IMG/VR virus record: IMGVR_UViG_3300049893_001613 | Coordinates: 1-64,000 of that record | Length of the DNA: 64,000 nucleotides | From: a virus | Direction: 5' to 3' (one strand) | Shown: piece by piece, positions 44,181-54,621 of the stretch | Position numbering within the stretch: the first letter of the stretch is position 1 | How the letters are laid out: every line of letters begins with the position of its first letter | The notes under the pieces: model-generated | The model's input: the letters and a program-made list of their open reading frames with translations, nothing else | Databases searched by the model: none | Told to the model about the DNA's origin: nothing | Position numbers and translations under genes: made by a program

Positions 44181-45043
44181 TGGCTGGATTTAAAACCATA
44201 GGTGAAGTAGTAGATACGGAATTAAACGGGAGTGTAAGAGATTACATCTGGCGTAAGACTCCGTCACAAGCTACTACTTCCGGTATCTGGTTTGACCTGT
44301 CAATGTCACCTGGGATGCCTGTACCTAAGTACTGGTTTGATGCAGCTCCTTTAACAGCCCGCGTAATAACACAAGCTGCTGATGGAGGTTTCTATCACGG
44401 CCCTAATGTCAGTCCTTCTGAGAAGTACTTACGTAAGATAACTACTCAAGCTAGCGCTGCAACAGCTTTGCCAATGAATGCTATCCTGTGCGATTATCTG
44501 CTTTATTATCCTACCATAGATGATGGTACAACAGATGAACAGGTGATGGATAACACTACCACGTTATCTAGGTATACAGACGGACAAGGAGTTAGAATAA
44601 TAGCTGTGACTACAGGAGCTAGAACAGGTGGACAAACTTTTACTGTTAAATATACGAACTCAGCCGGAGTTTCTGGTAGGATTTCACAAGTTGTTACACA
44701 AAATACAGCAACTACTTTGGGTAGTATAACAACAAGTAACACAACAGCCACTGGAGGAGCTGATCCGTTCATTCCTCTTCAGGATGGTGATAGTGGTGTA
44801 AGATACATCGAATCAGTAACAATGACAGGTGTAGACACCGGTATCTTTAGTTTGATACTTGTTAAACCATTAGTACAGACTTGCTTCAGAGCATTAGATG
44901 TACAATACGAAAAAGACTTATTAATACCAACAACAGATTTGGTAAAAATACAAGACAACGCCTTTTTAAACTTTTTAGTACTACCTTTAGGAACATTGGC
45001 TGCTACTGTTTTAAGAGGAGATTTAAAAGTAATATGGAATTAA
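44180..45043 (+). CDS. Putative tail-associated protein
   Basis: RYTDGQGV, PLQDGDSG; paralogous to the next gene. Confidence 0.65.
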   Translation: MAGFKTIGEVVDTELNGSVRDYIWRKTPSQATTSGIWFDLSMSPGMPVPKYWFDAAPLTARVITQAADGGFYHGPNVSPSEKYLRKITTQASAATALPMNAILCDYLLYYPTIDDGTTDEQVMDNTTTLSRYTDGQGVRIIAVTTGARTGGQTFTVKYTNSAGVSGRISQVVTQNTATTLGSITTSNTTATGGADPFIPLQDGDSGVRYIESVTMTGVDTGIFSLILVKPLVQTCFRALDVQYEKDLLIPTTDLVKIQDNAFLNFLVLPLGTLAATVLRGDLKVIWN

Positions 45044-45055
45044 AATAAAAACACA

Positions 45056-46231
45056 ATGCCAGGATTTGCAAGTAATGATCAGATAATAGAAGCCCTTAGT
45101 TTAGGGCAAAAGTTCGATGCCACATTTGGTAAGAACTTTAACCCGACAGCCGCAGCAGTAGCCAACGAATGGCATACTCTTTTTAGAGGCGCTGGTAACC
45201 CACCAGCAGATGCTATTTTCAATGCGGGCACTAACTTAACGTTTCAACCTGTAGAAGACGACACAGCTTCAGCTGGAGCACTTCAACATGGCGGAGACGT
45301 TCAACCAACATATTACAAGTACTTATTAAGTGGTCACGCTGTTACAGCGGCAGCTACCGTAGTACCAGCCACACTAGCCTTGTTAGATGTTATTGGTTTT
45401 TACAGAGTAACATCTGTGACAACTACTACAGCGCAAGCCACAACAAACACAATATCTACTAGAACGGCTACATTTACTGCTGATGCCAGTACAGATGTGA
45501 TAACATACACATCAACAACAAGTATTCCCAGTAATTTATTAACGGGGACAAGATGTAGAACGTCCACCACAACAACACTACCGGGAGGATTAGCTGCCGC
45601 TACAGATTATTATCTGATTCGGGTTAGCGATACTACTGCTAAATTAGCAACCTCTTATGCCAACGCAATTGCAGGAACAGCTATTAACATCACAGATGCT
45701 GGTACAGGTACACACACCTTAAACTGGCTTTTGCCAAGATACACTAATGGAGCAGGGGTTCAAGCTATTATTTTTAACTCGAACGCTACTGCTTTGGGTG
45801 GAGCAACTCCTAACATGAGTTTAGGTTATACTAACTCAGCTCAAGCAACATCAAGAGCAACACCAACGGTATTGCCTATTGGAAAAACAGCAGCATCAAA
45901 TTCGCATATAATTTATACGGGGGCTACTGGTACAGGGAAGTACAATTACATGATGCCTTTACAGGCCGGTGATTCTGGTATTGCTGAGATAAACACTATT
46001 CAAAATTCAGTATCTTATGTCTCTGGTGAATACACAGTGGCTCTTGTAAAAGAGTTAGCTAGATTCCCTCTTAGCACACTTGGCTTAGCTTCAGAAAGAA
46101 ACTTTATCTTTGAGTATCCGTCTATGCCTAGAATCTATGATGGAGCGGCTTTGTACTTTGCATTAGGTTCTGGTGTTGCTACACCCGCATCATCAGCAAT
46201 AAGTGGAATGCTAACAACAGTTTGGAGATAA
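45056..46231 (+). CDS. Putative tail-associated protein with inserted domain
   Basis: RYTNGAGV, PLQAGDSG; insert LPGGLAAATDYY...KLATS.ANA.AGT.INIT.AGTGTHT. Confidence 0.65.
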   Translation: MPGFASNDQIIEALSLGQKFDATFGKNFNPTAAAVANEWHTLFRGAGNPPADAIFNAGTNLTFQPVEDDTASAGALQHGGDVQPTYYKYLLSGHAVTAAATVVPATLALLDVIGFYRVTSVTTTTAQATTNTISTRTATFTADASTDVITYTSTTSIPSNLLTGTRCRTSTTTTLPGGLAAATDYYLIRVSDTTAKLATSYANAIAGTAINITDAGTGTHTLNWLLPRYTNGAGVQAIIFNSNATALGGATPNMSLGYTNSAQATSRATPTVLPIGKTAASNSHIIYTGATGTGKYNYMMPLQAGDSGIAEINTIQNSVSYVSGEYTVALVKELARFPLSTLGLASERNFIFEYPSMPRIYDGAALYFALGSGVATPASSAISGMLTTVWR

Positions 46232-47103
46232 TGCTACTCACTAACTATCTTACGATTTATCAACTTTTAGGTCATCAACATAGTGGCCAGACAGCACCTA
46301 TGGTGTATAGGAAACCAGAGGTGATGCGGAACTTCTTTTCAGGGGATAGTTATGATGCAACAGTAGTAGCTCAAAGAAAAAGAGATAGTTTCTCTACAGG
46401 CACAAATCCTCCTTACTCTTACGTGCTAGGGGCAAAAGGCGGGCTGCTAAGTTCAACAACTACTATAAATGGAGAGGGGGAACTCACACCAGGCTCTCTC
46501 GCTATGGGTAGAGCTATTGCTTCAAGCTTAACAGGAAGCGGAGAAATAACAACACCTAATTTATCGCTTGTTGTTTCTATGGCATCTGCTATAACAGCTC
46601 TGGGGATTATCTCCGGAGCTTCAATGGTAGGTTCTATTTCGATGGCAGCTACTATAGCAGGGTCAGGAAGTATAACTTCTTCACTCAGCTTGATTTCAAG
46701 TATTGTAGCTGATCTGATTGGAAGTGGAACTGTGACCGGTAACTTAAAAGGCACTGCAAGCATGGAAGCTGATATCTTTGTAAACCAGTCAGAAGCCACA
46801 ACACAAGAACTGGCAGCTGCAGTATGGAATGCGTTAGCAGCTCAGTTTAATGCTCCAGGTACGATGGGAGAAGCTATGGGGGCCGCAGGATCTGCAGGAG
46901 ATCCCTGGATTACTAACTTACCAGGTGGTTATGGGGCTGGTTCAGCAGGTTACATTTTAGGTAACTTATTAGCAAGTATTCCTGATTCTGTGTGGGATGA
47001 ATTAAAAACAGCTCATACTACTACTGATAGCTATGGTAAAATAGTACAGGATACAGAAACACAAATAAAGAAATTGAAGACATTACTACTAGCTTTGTCA
47101 TAA
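46222..47103 (+). CDS. Putative tail-associated protein
   Basis: Ala/Ser/Gly repeats; LAAAVWNA...PGTMG. Confidence 0.65.
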   Translation: MEIMLLTNYLTIYQLLGHQHSGQTAPMVYRKPEVMRNFFSGDSYDATVVAQRKRDSFSTGTNPPYSYVLGAKGGLLSSTTTINGEGELTPGSLAMGRAIASSLTGSGEITTPNLSLVVSMASAITALGIISGASMVGSISMAATIAGSGSITSSLSLISSIVADLIGSGTVTGNLKGTASMEADIFVNQSEATTQELAAAVWNALAAQFNAPGTMGEAMGAAGSAGDPWITNLPGGYGAGSAGYILGNLLASIPDSVWDELKTAHTTTDSYGKIVQDTETQIKKLKTLLLALS

Positions 47104-47104
47104 C

Positions 47105-47764
47105 ATGAACATCTCATTAAACCAAATAGCTGATCTTTTAGCTGACCGTGTCGGCCAGCCCTTTAACAACCCTCTCAAAGAGGAGTTAAAAGTAATCATT
47201 AATTACAAGCGTGCTGACTGGATACAAAAAGTAATCGACAAGCATCCTGAACAAAGAAGATTTTTCCTGCGTGACTTTTCAGTGGAACTGGAACGGGTGG
47301 ACAAAGCGGAATGTCCAGTAGAGGTGGACTGTACAGTACTGAGGACAGTAGATACAGTTCCACTCCCCGTCAGAACCAGTTATGGTTTGTTTGACTACGT
47401 GGGAGATCCGGATAAATCAGATGCTTACTCATATACTACTCCAGACCAGTTAACCTGGGTATTGAAGTATGGATCTAAGTACACCAAGGACAGACCTAAG
47501 TATTTCTATGTAAACGAATACGTATACGTCTACAATGAAGATAGCCTCGAGTTCCTGAACATACGTGGTATCTGGCCTGATCAGCGTCTGTTAAACAGAT
47601 TCTTATGTGACGATAAACCATGTTACACTGATGATGACCAATACGATATTCCTGAAGACATCTTAAATACCATGATGGCTGATATTCTGAGAAATGAGCT
47701 GAAACTACTCATAGCTCCGGAGACAGGTGAAGTAACTGTAGATAAACCAGAAACTAAACAATAA
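47105..47764 (+). CDS. Tail ring protein
   Basis: crAss-like synteny; YFYVNEYVYV...IRGIW.D...DDQYDIP. Confidence 0.65.
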   Translation: MNISLNQIADLLADRVGQPFNNPLKEELKVIINYKRADWIQKVIDKHPEQRRFFLRDFSVELERVDKAECPVEVDCTVLRTVDTVPLPVRTSYGLFDYVGDPDKSDAYSYTTPDQLTWVLKYGSKYTKDRPKYFYVNEYVYVYNEDSLEFLNIRGIWPDQRLLNRFLCDDKPCYTDDDQYDIPEDILNTMMADILRNELKLLIAPETGEVTVDKPETKQ

Positions 47765-48339
47765 TGGAAGCCGAACTAACTAAACAAGGAAAGAAGATTG
47801 TGACTCCCAAAGCTCATTCTACCAGGGAGATGTACAACTACTATAAGTTAAAGAATCCTCAGTCCAAGGAACCATACTGGATGTTCAAAGAAGTAATTGC
47901 ACGCTTTAATAAGAAAGCATCAGACGCAGTCATCTTTGGTCAGGTACTAAACTTTGGAAACAGAATAGGAAACCTACTGATTAAAAAGATCAGAAGAAAC
48001 TACGAGAAACCTGAGGTGGATTGGGGAGAGAGTAAAAGAATGAAAGCCGAGATTATTAAGGCTGGATTAGAACCAAGGAAAGCTGGGGAAACTACTGGGC
48101 ACGCGTGGCTCGTATATTTTTCAGATCCTTGGTACCTGCGATGGGCTTGGAGCAAGAAGCGTATCTGTAAGGTGAAAAACCAAACAGTTTACAAGTTTGT
48201 TCCAACCGGTAACAGAAGTAAAACAGCTGGTGACAACTCACCATCTAAATTAGGTAACCGTGGTAAACTGGTACTGGCTAACAAGCTAAATCCAAGCTTA
48301 CACATGGTGTACGAAAATCACATGAGTAAACAAGATTAA
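47764..48339 (+). CDS. crAss-type IHF-like protein
   Basis: FKEVIARFN...GNLLIKK...VDWGES...Y.RW.W, next to ring genes. Confidence 0.7.
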   Translation: MEAELTKQGKKIVTPKAHSTREMYNYYKLKNPQSKEPYWMFKEVIARFNKKASDAVIFGQVLNFGNRIGNLLIKKIRRNYEKPEVDWGESKRMKAEIIKAGLEPRKAGETTGHAWLVYFSDPWYLRWAWSKKRICKVKNQTVYKFVPTGNRSKTAGDNSPSKLGNRGKLVLANKLNPSLHMVYENHMSKQD

Positions 48340-48340
48340 T

Positions 48341-48889
48341 ATGTCAAGCGCAAACAACAAGTGGTTGATAGTAAAACCAGGAGTGGTACTCACACCAACA
48401 ATTGAACCGGTGATTGTAGCACTCGATGCTTACTTTGAAAAGCATAAACTAAAAGCATATGTAACCTCAGGATTAAGAGACGCTAATGCTCAGCTAGCAG
48501 TAGTACGTCAGTACCTTACAAAGAAAGGTCTTGACAAGACTTATCCTGCAGCAATGAAATGTAAAGCTGAAGACAAATTACCAAATGGTGATTATGTATG
48601 GCAGATGGCCTGGTCTAACCTCCTCAATGTAGGAGTGATTATCAACCCTCCTTACCGTGCTATCTGTCTGATGAACTACATCAACAAAGCTGGAAAGAAC
48701 CGGAAAGACTCTTACATTAATCAAACTCCACACGCTGCAGGTAAAGCATTCAACGTAGGAGGAGGATCTAATGGAATCATGGATGAACTGGCTGTTCTTA
48801 CTGAAGCTTTAAAGGATAAGAAAATACCAGGATTGAAATCATTCCTGGCTGAAAGAGAAAACAACGCATTACACATAGACTGTCAATAA
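48341..48889 (+). CDS. Putative M15-like peptidase (endolysin candidate)
   Basis: VTSGLRD, PHAAGKAFN, LHIDCQ resemble the M15 SxxR / HxxGxAxD / HxD layout. Confidence 0.6.
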   Translation: MSSANNKWLIVKPGVVLTPTIEPVIVALDAYFEKHKLKAYVTSGLRDANAQLAVVRQYLTKKGLDKTYPAAMKCKAEDKLPNGDYVWQMAWSNLLNVGVIINPPYRAICLMNYINKAGKNRKDSYINQTPHAAGKAFNVGGGSNGIMDELAVLTEALKDKKIPGLKSFLAERENNALHIDCQ

Positions 48890-48890
48890 C

Positions 48891-49748
48891 ATGCCAAACT
48901 TAGCACTAGTATCTGCAAAAGAAATTATGCCACGGGTAATCAGGGCCCTTGGTTATAAACTTCCATCAGTGTATCATGATGATATACTCGAGTGGATACC
49001 TGAAGCTATGGGTTATTTACAAGTAACCAGATCCCTGGAGAAAGTATCCACTGGTGACATTAACTGCCCTGATGAGTTGTACGTTACCAACCACTGTGTT
49101 AAACTACCATGTGGGTTCGTTGCTGCAGAAGCAATAGAAGACATGAATGGAAGGAGACTTCCTGAAGGTGGAGACGTAACGGATATCAAAGCACAGAGCT
49201 CTATCCGCCATCTTGGAGTTGGCGCCAGCGGTGAACCGCGTGTTACGGCATTCCAGGTTAATCCTTACCAGCATCAGACAAGTGATGGTTTACCAGCAGA
49301 TGAGCCGTCAGCTTCTTTCCCTTTCTTAGGTGAAGATGTTGAACCATCGGCTAATGGAGGAGCTCGTACTTCTCACTACTACAAGATCGTGGGCAACTAT
49401 ATTCAGACAAGCTTTGAAGAAGGTTATATACGCCTCCACTACTGGTCTGTACCGGTGTGCCCAGATGGTTACCCGATGATCCCGGACAATGAAAACTACA
49501 AGCAAGCCATAGAATGGCATATCATCAGAAGACTTATTGGAAGTGGTTTCCAGCATCCTGTATTTGATTACAAGTTTGCAGACGCTCAGTTCGAACTATA
49601 TGCTTCACGTGGTATGGCTGAGGTATCCTTCTGGAGTCCTGATCAGGCGGCTAAGCTACAAAGATCATTTGTAAGACTTATTCCTCCTTATCACTTCCAG
49701 GAAGACTTCTTTGTTAACAGCGAACAATCAGAAAGACTATACAAGTAA
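48891..49748 (+). CDS. Tail tubular/ring protein
   Basis: YIQTSFEEG...DGYPMIPD...AIEWHI typical of crAss ring proteins. Confidence 0.75.
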   Translation: MPNLALVSAKEIMPRVIRALGYKLPSVYHDDILEWIPEAMGYLQVTRSLEKVSTGDINCPDELYVTNHCVKLPCGFVAAEAIEDMNGRRLPEGGDVTDIKAQSSIRHLGVGASGEPRVTAFQVNPYQHQTSDGLPADEPSASFPFLGEDVEPSANGGARTSHYYKIVGNYIQTSFEEGYIRLHYWSVPVCPDGYPMIPDNENYKQAIEWHIIRRLIGSGFQHPVFDYKFADAQFELYASRGMAEVSFWSPDQAAKLQRSFVRLIPPYHFQEDFFVNSEQSERLYK

Positions 49749-50107
49749 TGCAAGAGTTTCTAACCACATATGCCCCAATCCTGGGATACGTACTTTGTAT
49801 AGTATCACTGTTTCAGCTCGCTCTTATCTTCTTCTTTGAAAGGAAGAACATAATGACTGACCTGCGTGGTAAAGACAGGATCTGGCAGTTCCTTGAACTC
49901 TCCGGTATTGTCTGGTTAGTACTGTTTCCTTGTACTATTGTCAGCTCCTTGTTTGGACTGCATGTGCCAACAGAAGCCTGGGTAACCCTGGATGCTGTCT
50001 ACTTCATGAACCTTGGAGGTAAGATGGGTCATAAGTGGATTGATGCAAAAACTCCACAACAGAATAAGAACATCAAAAAAGAAGAAAGTACAGATGAAGG
50101 ACTTTAA
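49748..50107 (+). CDS. Holin-like membrane protein
   Basis: Two to three TM segments, charged C-terminus. Confidence 0.55.
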   Translation: MQEFLTTYAPILGYVLCIVSLFQLALIFFFERKNIMTDLRGKDRIWQFLELSGIVWLVLFPCTIVSSLFGLHVPTEAWVTLDAVYFMNLGGKMGHKWIDAKTPQQNKNIKKEESTDEGL

Positions 50108-50441
50108 ACAACAGATTGTGGCCCTCCTCCTGGTCCTTATTATTGGGGGTGTCGCTGGTGCATATTACATGTCTATTAAAACAGATGATAAGCTCAAAGA
50201 ACAGGAGGCCAAACATAAACAAGAATTAAAGAACAGGGTGGAACTTGCTCTTAAGATAATTGAGGAGAGAGACAGTGTAATAACTGCTCTCAACTCAGTT
50301 ACACACAAAGATTCTTTACGTATCATCAGCATGGAAAAGCGTATTGAAGCTGATGGTGTGAGAATCAAAAAGTTAATAACAGATATCAATAAATTAAGTC
50401 CGGATGAAAAGGTTGATTGGCTTATTAATCGTTATAAGTAG
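50094..50441 (+). CDS. Spanin-like protein (N-terminal TM plus coiled coil)
   Basis: MKDFKQQIVALLLVLIIGGVAG then coiled coil; overlaps next gene. Confidence 0.5.
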   Translation: MKDFKQQIVALLLVLIIGGVAGAYYMSIKTDDKLKEQEAKHKQELKNRVELALKIIEERDSVITALNSVTHKDSLRIISMEKRIEADGVRIKKLITDINKLSPDEKVDWLINRYK

Positions 50442-50769
50442 TCTTACAGCAACAGCTCAGAGACCAGTACCTGATTCTATCCTTACTAAAATCATTGAGG
50501 ATCTTATCAGGTACGATCATGCTAAGTATGCTCTAAATGTTAAAGATTCTATAATCACTGTCTACAAACACAAAGACAGTGTCAATCAGGTAAAGATTGA
50601 GCAATACAAACTGAATGCCGCCCAGTATGAACAGGTAGTAACAAATCTGAAACAAATCAGTGAGATTGACGAAAAGACAATCAATCGTCTCGAACGTCAA
50701 TTAAAGATGGTAAGAATCAGAGAGAAAATAATCATTGTAATCGGCATAGCCGCAATAATTTTGATCTAA
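50404..50769 (+). CDS. Spanin-like protein (signal peptide, coiled coil, C-terminal TM)
   Basis: MKRLIGLLIVISSLTATA; ends IIIVIGIAAIILI. Confidence 0.5.
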   Translation: MKRLIGLLIVISSLTATAQRPVPDSILTKIIEDLIRYDHAKYALNVKDSIITVYKHKDSVNQVKIEQYKLNAAQYEQVVTNLKQISEIDEKTINRLERQLKMVRIREKIIIVIGIAAIILI

Positions 50770-53700
50770 TGAAATTCGATAAAGGATTATACACAGACAG
50801 CCTGGAAGTCAACCAGCCTCAGGGAACTTACAGATTCGCTAAGAATATAGTGGACTCTAACTTACTTGGGATTATTGAAAACGAAGACGGATTCAGAGAA
50901 TTAACTGATGTACTTCCTTATACCCTTATTGGTGTAATACCAATTGAAGATGGTGCTGTAGTATTCACTACTGATGACACTGATTCAGAAATAGGTACTA
51001 TTACCCGTTCTGGTGGTACTCTGACTTATCAAACCATATACACAGATCAAGCTCTTAACTTCTCGACTTCTGCTCCTATTAAAGGGGAGTACAGAAAAGA
51101 ACTTACCGGAGACAGAGTAGTAACCTGGATTGACGATAATAACCCTCCACGTATTCTTAATATTGATGAAGCTGCTCAGGTTGACAACGTAAATGATTTA
51201 GAAGTATTTGGAGCTATTGCCAACCCGGAATTAACTACACCTGTAACTAATGATTCAGGAGGTGCTTTAAAAGTAGGTACGTACATCCCAATCACCCGTT
51301 ACAAAACTGTAGACGGATCAGTTACAAACTGGTTTGTTCATGACCACGTTTTTTCTATAAGTAATGACCCTAAAAGTGGTACATTCGCTAGCTACGCTGG
51401 TTCTATCCCGGACACTATTACAAACAAATCCATCTCTTTTATTCTTGAAGGTTGTGATACAACATTTGGGACAATTGAAGTGGGGTACGTCTATTCCAGT
51501 AACAATGTAGTTACGATCTATTCAGTGACAACTGCAACAGTTGACACTAACGTTCCTATTACTCTAACTGGTAATGAGACAGCTACATCTGTAAGTTTAG
51601 ATGCTTTCCTGACGCCAAGCGCTATTTACACAAATGCCAAAGCTATTACACAGATGGCTGGTAGATTATACTTAGGAAACTTGACCAGTTCATCGTTACC
51701 GGTAAGTGATTTGCAGGTAGCAGCAATGGATATAAAAATTGATTATACACGTTCACTTGTAGACGTTATCCAGAACACAAACAACCACAGAGATAACCTA
51801 CCACCAACTTTTACCCCTGGTGAAGTGTACGCATTTTACCTTGGAGTTGAATTACGTGAAGGTGGATGGTTATACTACCATATTCCCGGAAGACCCGCTG
51901 TTTCAAACGAAACTCAACAGATAACAGATGAGGGAATGACTTATAAACGCTTCCAAATAGATGACACCACAGATGCAGTAGGCGCATACTCAACAATGGG
52001 GTTCTGGGAAAATTCGAATGAAACTTACCCAGATGAAGCTGCTTATGTTGGAGCTATTGCCGGGGATCTAAGAGGGCAGAATGTACGTCACCACAGATTT
52101 CCAACTACTGCAAAGTTAATGACTTTCTATACTGGTGATGCAACAGTAGGTCTTTCTAAATTACCACAGCTTGGTATCAGTGTTTCTAATGTAGATATCC
52201 CGGATTCAGTAAAACCGTTTATCAGTCGCTGGAAGATCTTTTTTGCCAAGAAGAATCCTAACGATTCATTATTTATGGGCCCAGACCTATTACACTTAGC
52301 TGCTTACACTAACGAAGATTCAACTGTAAAGTGGTCAAGTGGTGGTAACTGGGAAGTTTGGAACGGTAATGGAAGTGGTTACACTAAACAGTACACACTA
52401 CGTACTGATTCAATGAGAATTCATAGCCCAGATTTATTCATTAGTAATTCTGGTATATCGCCTACATACGCACGCTTTAATTACAGTCTAAGAAGAAGTA
52501 ATGTTAACGAAATCTGGGATGGTTTTGGAACAAATGGTGGAACGCTTACAGTAGATGCTTATGCCAGCTCCTCAAATGATTGGGGGACTGTGACAAGTGC
52601 TGTTATAGATTACACCAACACAACTTACACCAGTCGTATTTCTAGTACTAATTTTAAGAAACGCCTGGATAACTTCGCGTACTTGCCTGAGAATGCAAAC
52701 AGTGGTAAATGGTACACAAGTTTTAATGAGAGATCTTTCATTGCTGATATAAACAATAGTAATGGATTTTCTACTTTAGATAAACTTAGAAGAGTCTACA
52801 CTAACGTATTAACTGGAGTCACACCAAGTGGTGGATTCTTTACTGGTACAGATGCCACACCAGCAAACAATGGTAATGGCAGAGAAGAAACAATGTACGT
52901 GGAGTACTACAGATACTTGACTGATGTACATTCTTCTTTTTTGAAACAAGATCTATGCCCTGTAGAAGGATACGCAGACAAAGATGAAACCACATTAACA
53001 GGATCAGGAGGAGATAGCTACATCTGCTTTATCAGTTACATGACTGCAGCGTTACGTAACTCCCCGACAGGAGGCCCTTCAAGTGGAGCCGCGTCATTAC
53101 ACTTAAGTGAGTGTCTACGTATATGGAGAGGTTACATTGGGTATTCTAAGTACAACTTAAACTATCGTTACCAGGACACTGGAGATATTTACACCTACTT
53201 CCACGCTAAAACAGATGTACGGGAATTATTTACCCCGACTATTACAACTGATTTACGTCCTTCATCAACACAAAACTATATACCATTAATCAGTACTAAT
53301 GCAAGCAATAACAAGATAAGCTACAGTACTGATTTTAACATCGATAACATTTTTGCTGCGGGTGTAATTTATGCGTCTGACTTACCAGCATTTTCTACTG
53401 GAGGTGAAGTACAGCCAAATACTATTATTTACTCAGCGGCTCAGAATGAAGAATCGTTAGAATTCAGCTGGAGAACTTTCCGTTCTGAAGATAAGTACGT
53501 TCTTAACAAAAATAAAGGGGATATCAAAAATCTGCAAGGATTTAGAAATCGTGAGTTGCTGATACATACAACAGATGCTTTATTCAGGACCAGAACAGAT
53601 GCCCAGGCAGCTACTGACAGTGAATCAATCTATCTGAAGTCAGCAAACATCTTTGATTTACCACCAGAAGAATTAATACCAACTCCAGAAGGGTATGCAG

Positions 53701-54620
53701 GAACTCAGCACAAGTTTGGTTGTATCCTTACAAAGATGGGGTACTTCTTCCCTGATGACAAACGTGGTAAGGTGTTTCTGTATGATGGTCAGTTACAGGA
53801 AATCTCATCTAATGGAATGCGTATATTCTTCAGAGATTTCATGAATCTTAAAGAAGATCCGTTTGGGCCTGATGACAACCCGTTCACTAATATAGGTTAC
53901 ACAGCTGGGTATGATGAACGTAATAACAGAATCCTTTTAACTAAAAAGAGTTCAAATGACCAGTCCTGGACAATAAGTTACAACCCTATTAAAAAGGTTT
54001 GGGTATCTTATCATACGTACACACCATCATACTACTTCTCAACTAATGAGAACAGCTTGTATGCATACACATCGAATAGGTTCTTCCTGGTTAACGGAGA
54101 TCCTACAAATACACATAAAGGACAGTACTTTACAAACTTGTCTACAGTGTCTTCATTTATCGATGTAGTATACACTACTGGAGATAAGGATGTAGTGTTT
54201 ACCGGAACTAACTGGATAACTGAATCCTACCCATTAACTGTAGTATCCGGGCAACCAAGTTCTACTTTGAACTACGCTAATACTTTCACTCATCTGACAG
54301 CAAGATCTACAGACCACTGTTCAGGTAGAATACAGTTATTAGTTGCAGATGACTTTAATGACCTGTACTCTGATAAAATCAGGAACAAAAACAGGACATG
54401 GTACTACAACAATATCCGTGATGTTAAAATCACAGACGGTTTTGTAAAAGGGTTTTATGACGATTTCGAGATAGATACTACAAAGCTTAATACAAACATG
54501 GAGTGGTACGACCAGCGTAAATTCACTGATAAATTCGTAATTTGCCGCTACGAATACGATAATACCGTAAATAACAGGCTTCTATTTAGTTCAGCAGACA
54601 TCGAAGCCAGACCAATATAA
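50769..54620 (+). CDS. Tail stabilisation/muzzle protein (P22 gp10-like)
   Basis: 1283 aa; KGLYTD...YRFAKN start, WIDDNNPPR.LNI, RLYLGNL, VRHHRFP, WTISYN....WVSYH. Confidence 0.85.
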   Translation: MKFDKGLYTDSLEVNQPQGTYRFAKNIVDSNLLGIIENEDGFRELTDVLPYTLIGVIPIEDGAVVFTTDDTDSEIGTITRSGGTLTYQTIYTDQALNFSTSAPIKGEYRKELTGDRVVTWIDDNNPPRILNIDEAAQVDNVNDLEVFGAIANPELTTPVTNDSGGALKVGTYIPITRYKTVDGSVTNWFVHDHVFSISNDPKSGTFASYAGSIPDTITNKSISFILEGCDTTFGTIEVGYVYSSNNVVTIYSVTTATVDTNVPITLTGNETATSVSLDAFLTPSAIYTNAKAITQMAGRLYLGNLTSSSLPVSDLQVAAMDIKIDYTRSLVDVIQNTNNHRDNLPPTFTPGEVYAFYLGVELREGGWLYYHIPGRPAVSNETQQITDEGMTYKRFQIDDTTDAVGAYSTMGFWENSNETYPDEAAYVGAIAGDLRGQNVRHHRFPTTAKLMTFYTGDATVGLSKLPQLGISVSNVDIPDSVKPFISRWKIFFAKKNPNDSLFMGPDLLHLAAYTNEDSTVKWSSGGNWEVWNGNGSGYTKQYTLRTDSMRIHSPDLFISNSGISPTYARFNYSLRRSNVNEIWDGFGTNGGTLTVDAYASSSNDWGTVTSAVIDYTNTTYTSRISSTNFKKRLDNFAYLPENANSGKWYTSFNERSFIADINNSNGFSTLDKLRRVYTNVLTGVTPSGGFFTGTDATPANNGNGREETMYVEYYRYLTDVHSSFLKQDLCPVEGYADKDETTLTGSGGDSYICFISYMTAALRNSPTGGPSSGAASLHLSECLRIWRGYIGYSKYNLNYRYQDTGDIYTYFHAKTDVRELFTPTITTDLRPSSTQNYIPLISTNASNNKISYSTDFNIDNIFAAGVIYASDLPAFSTGGEVQPNTIIYSAAQNEESLEFSWRTFRSEDKYVLNKNKGDIKNLQGFRNRELLIHTTDALFRTRTDAQAATDSESIYLKSANIFDLPPEELIPTPEGYAGTQHKFGCILTKMGYFFPDDKRGKVFLYDGQLQEISSNGMRIFFRDFMNLKEDPFGPDDNPFTNIGYTAGYDERNNRILLTKKSSNDQSWTISYNPIKKVWVSYHTYTPSYYFSTNENSLYAYTSNRFFLVNGDPTNTHKGQYFTNLSTVSSFIDVVYTTGDKDVVFTGTNWITESYPLTVVSGQPSSTLNYANTFTHLTARSTDHCSGRIQLLVADDFNDLYSDKIRNKNRTWYYNNIRDVKITDGFVKGFYDDFEIDTTKLNTNMEWYDQRKFTDKFVICRYEYDNTVNNRLLFSSADIEARPI

Positions 54621-54621
54621 C

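Noticed and set aside
36593-47103. Diversity-generating retroelement or invertible tail cassette
   Set aside because: No reverse transcriptase, adenine-specific TR/VR pair, recombinase or flanking inverted repeats seen; paralog differences are general.
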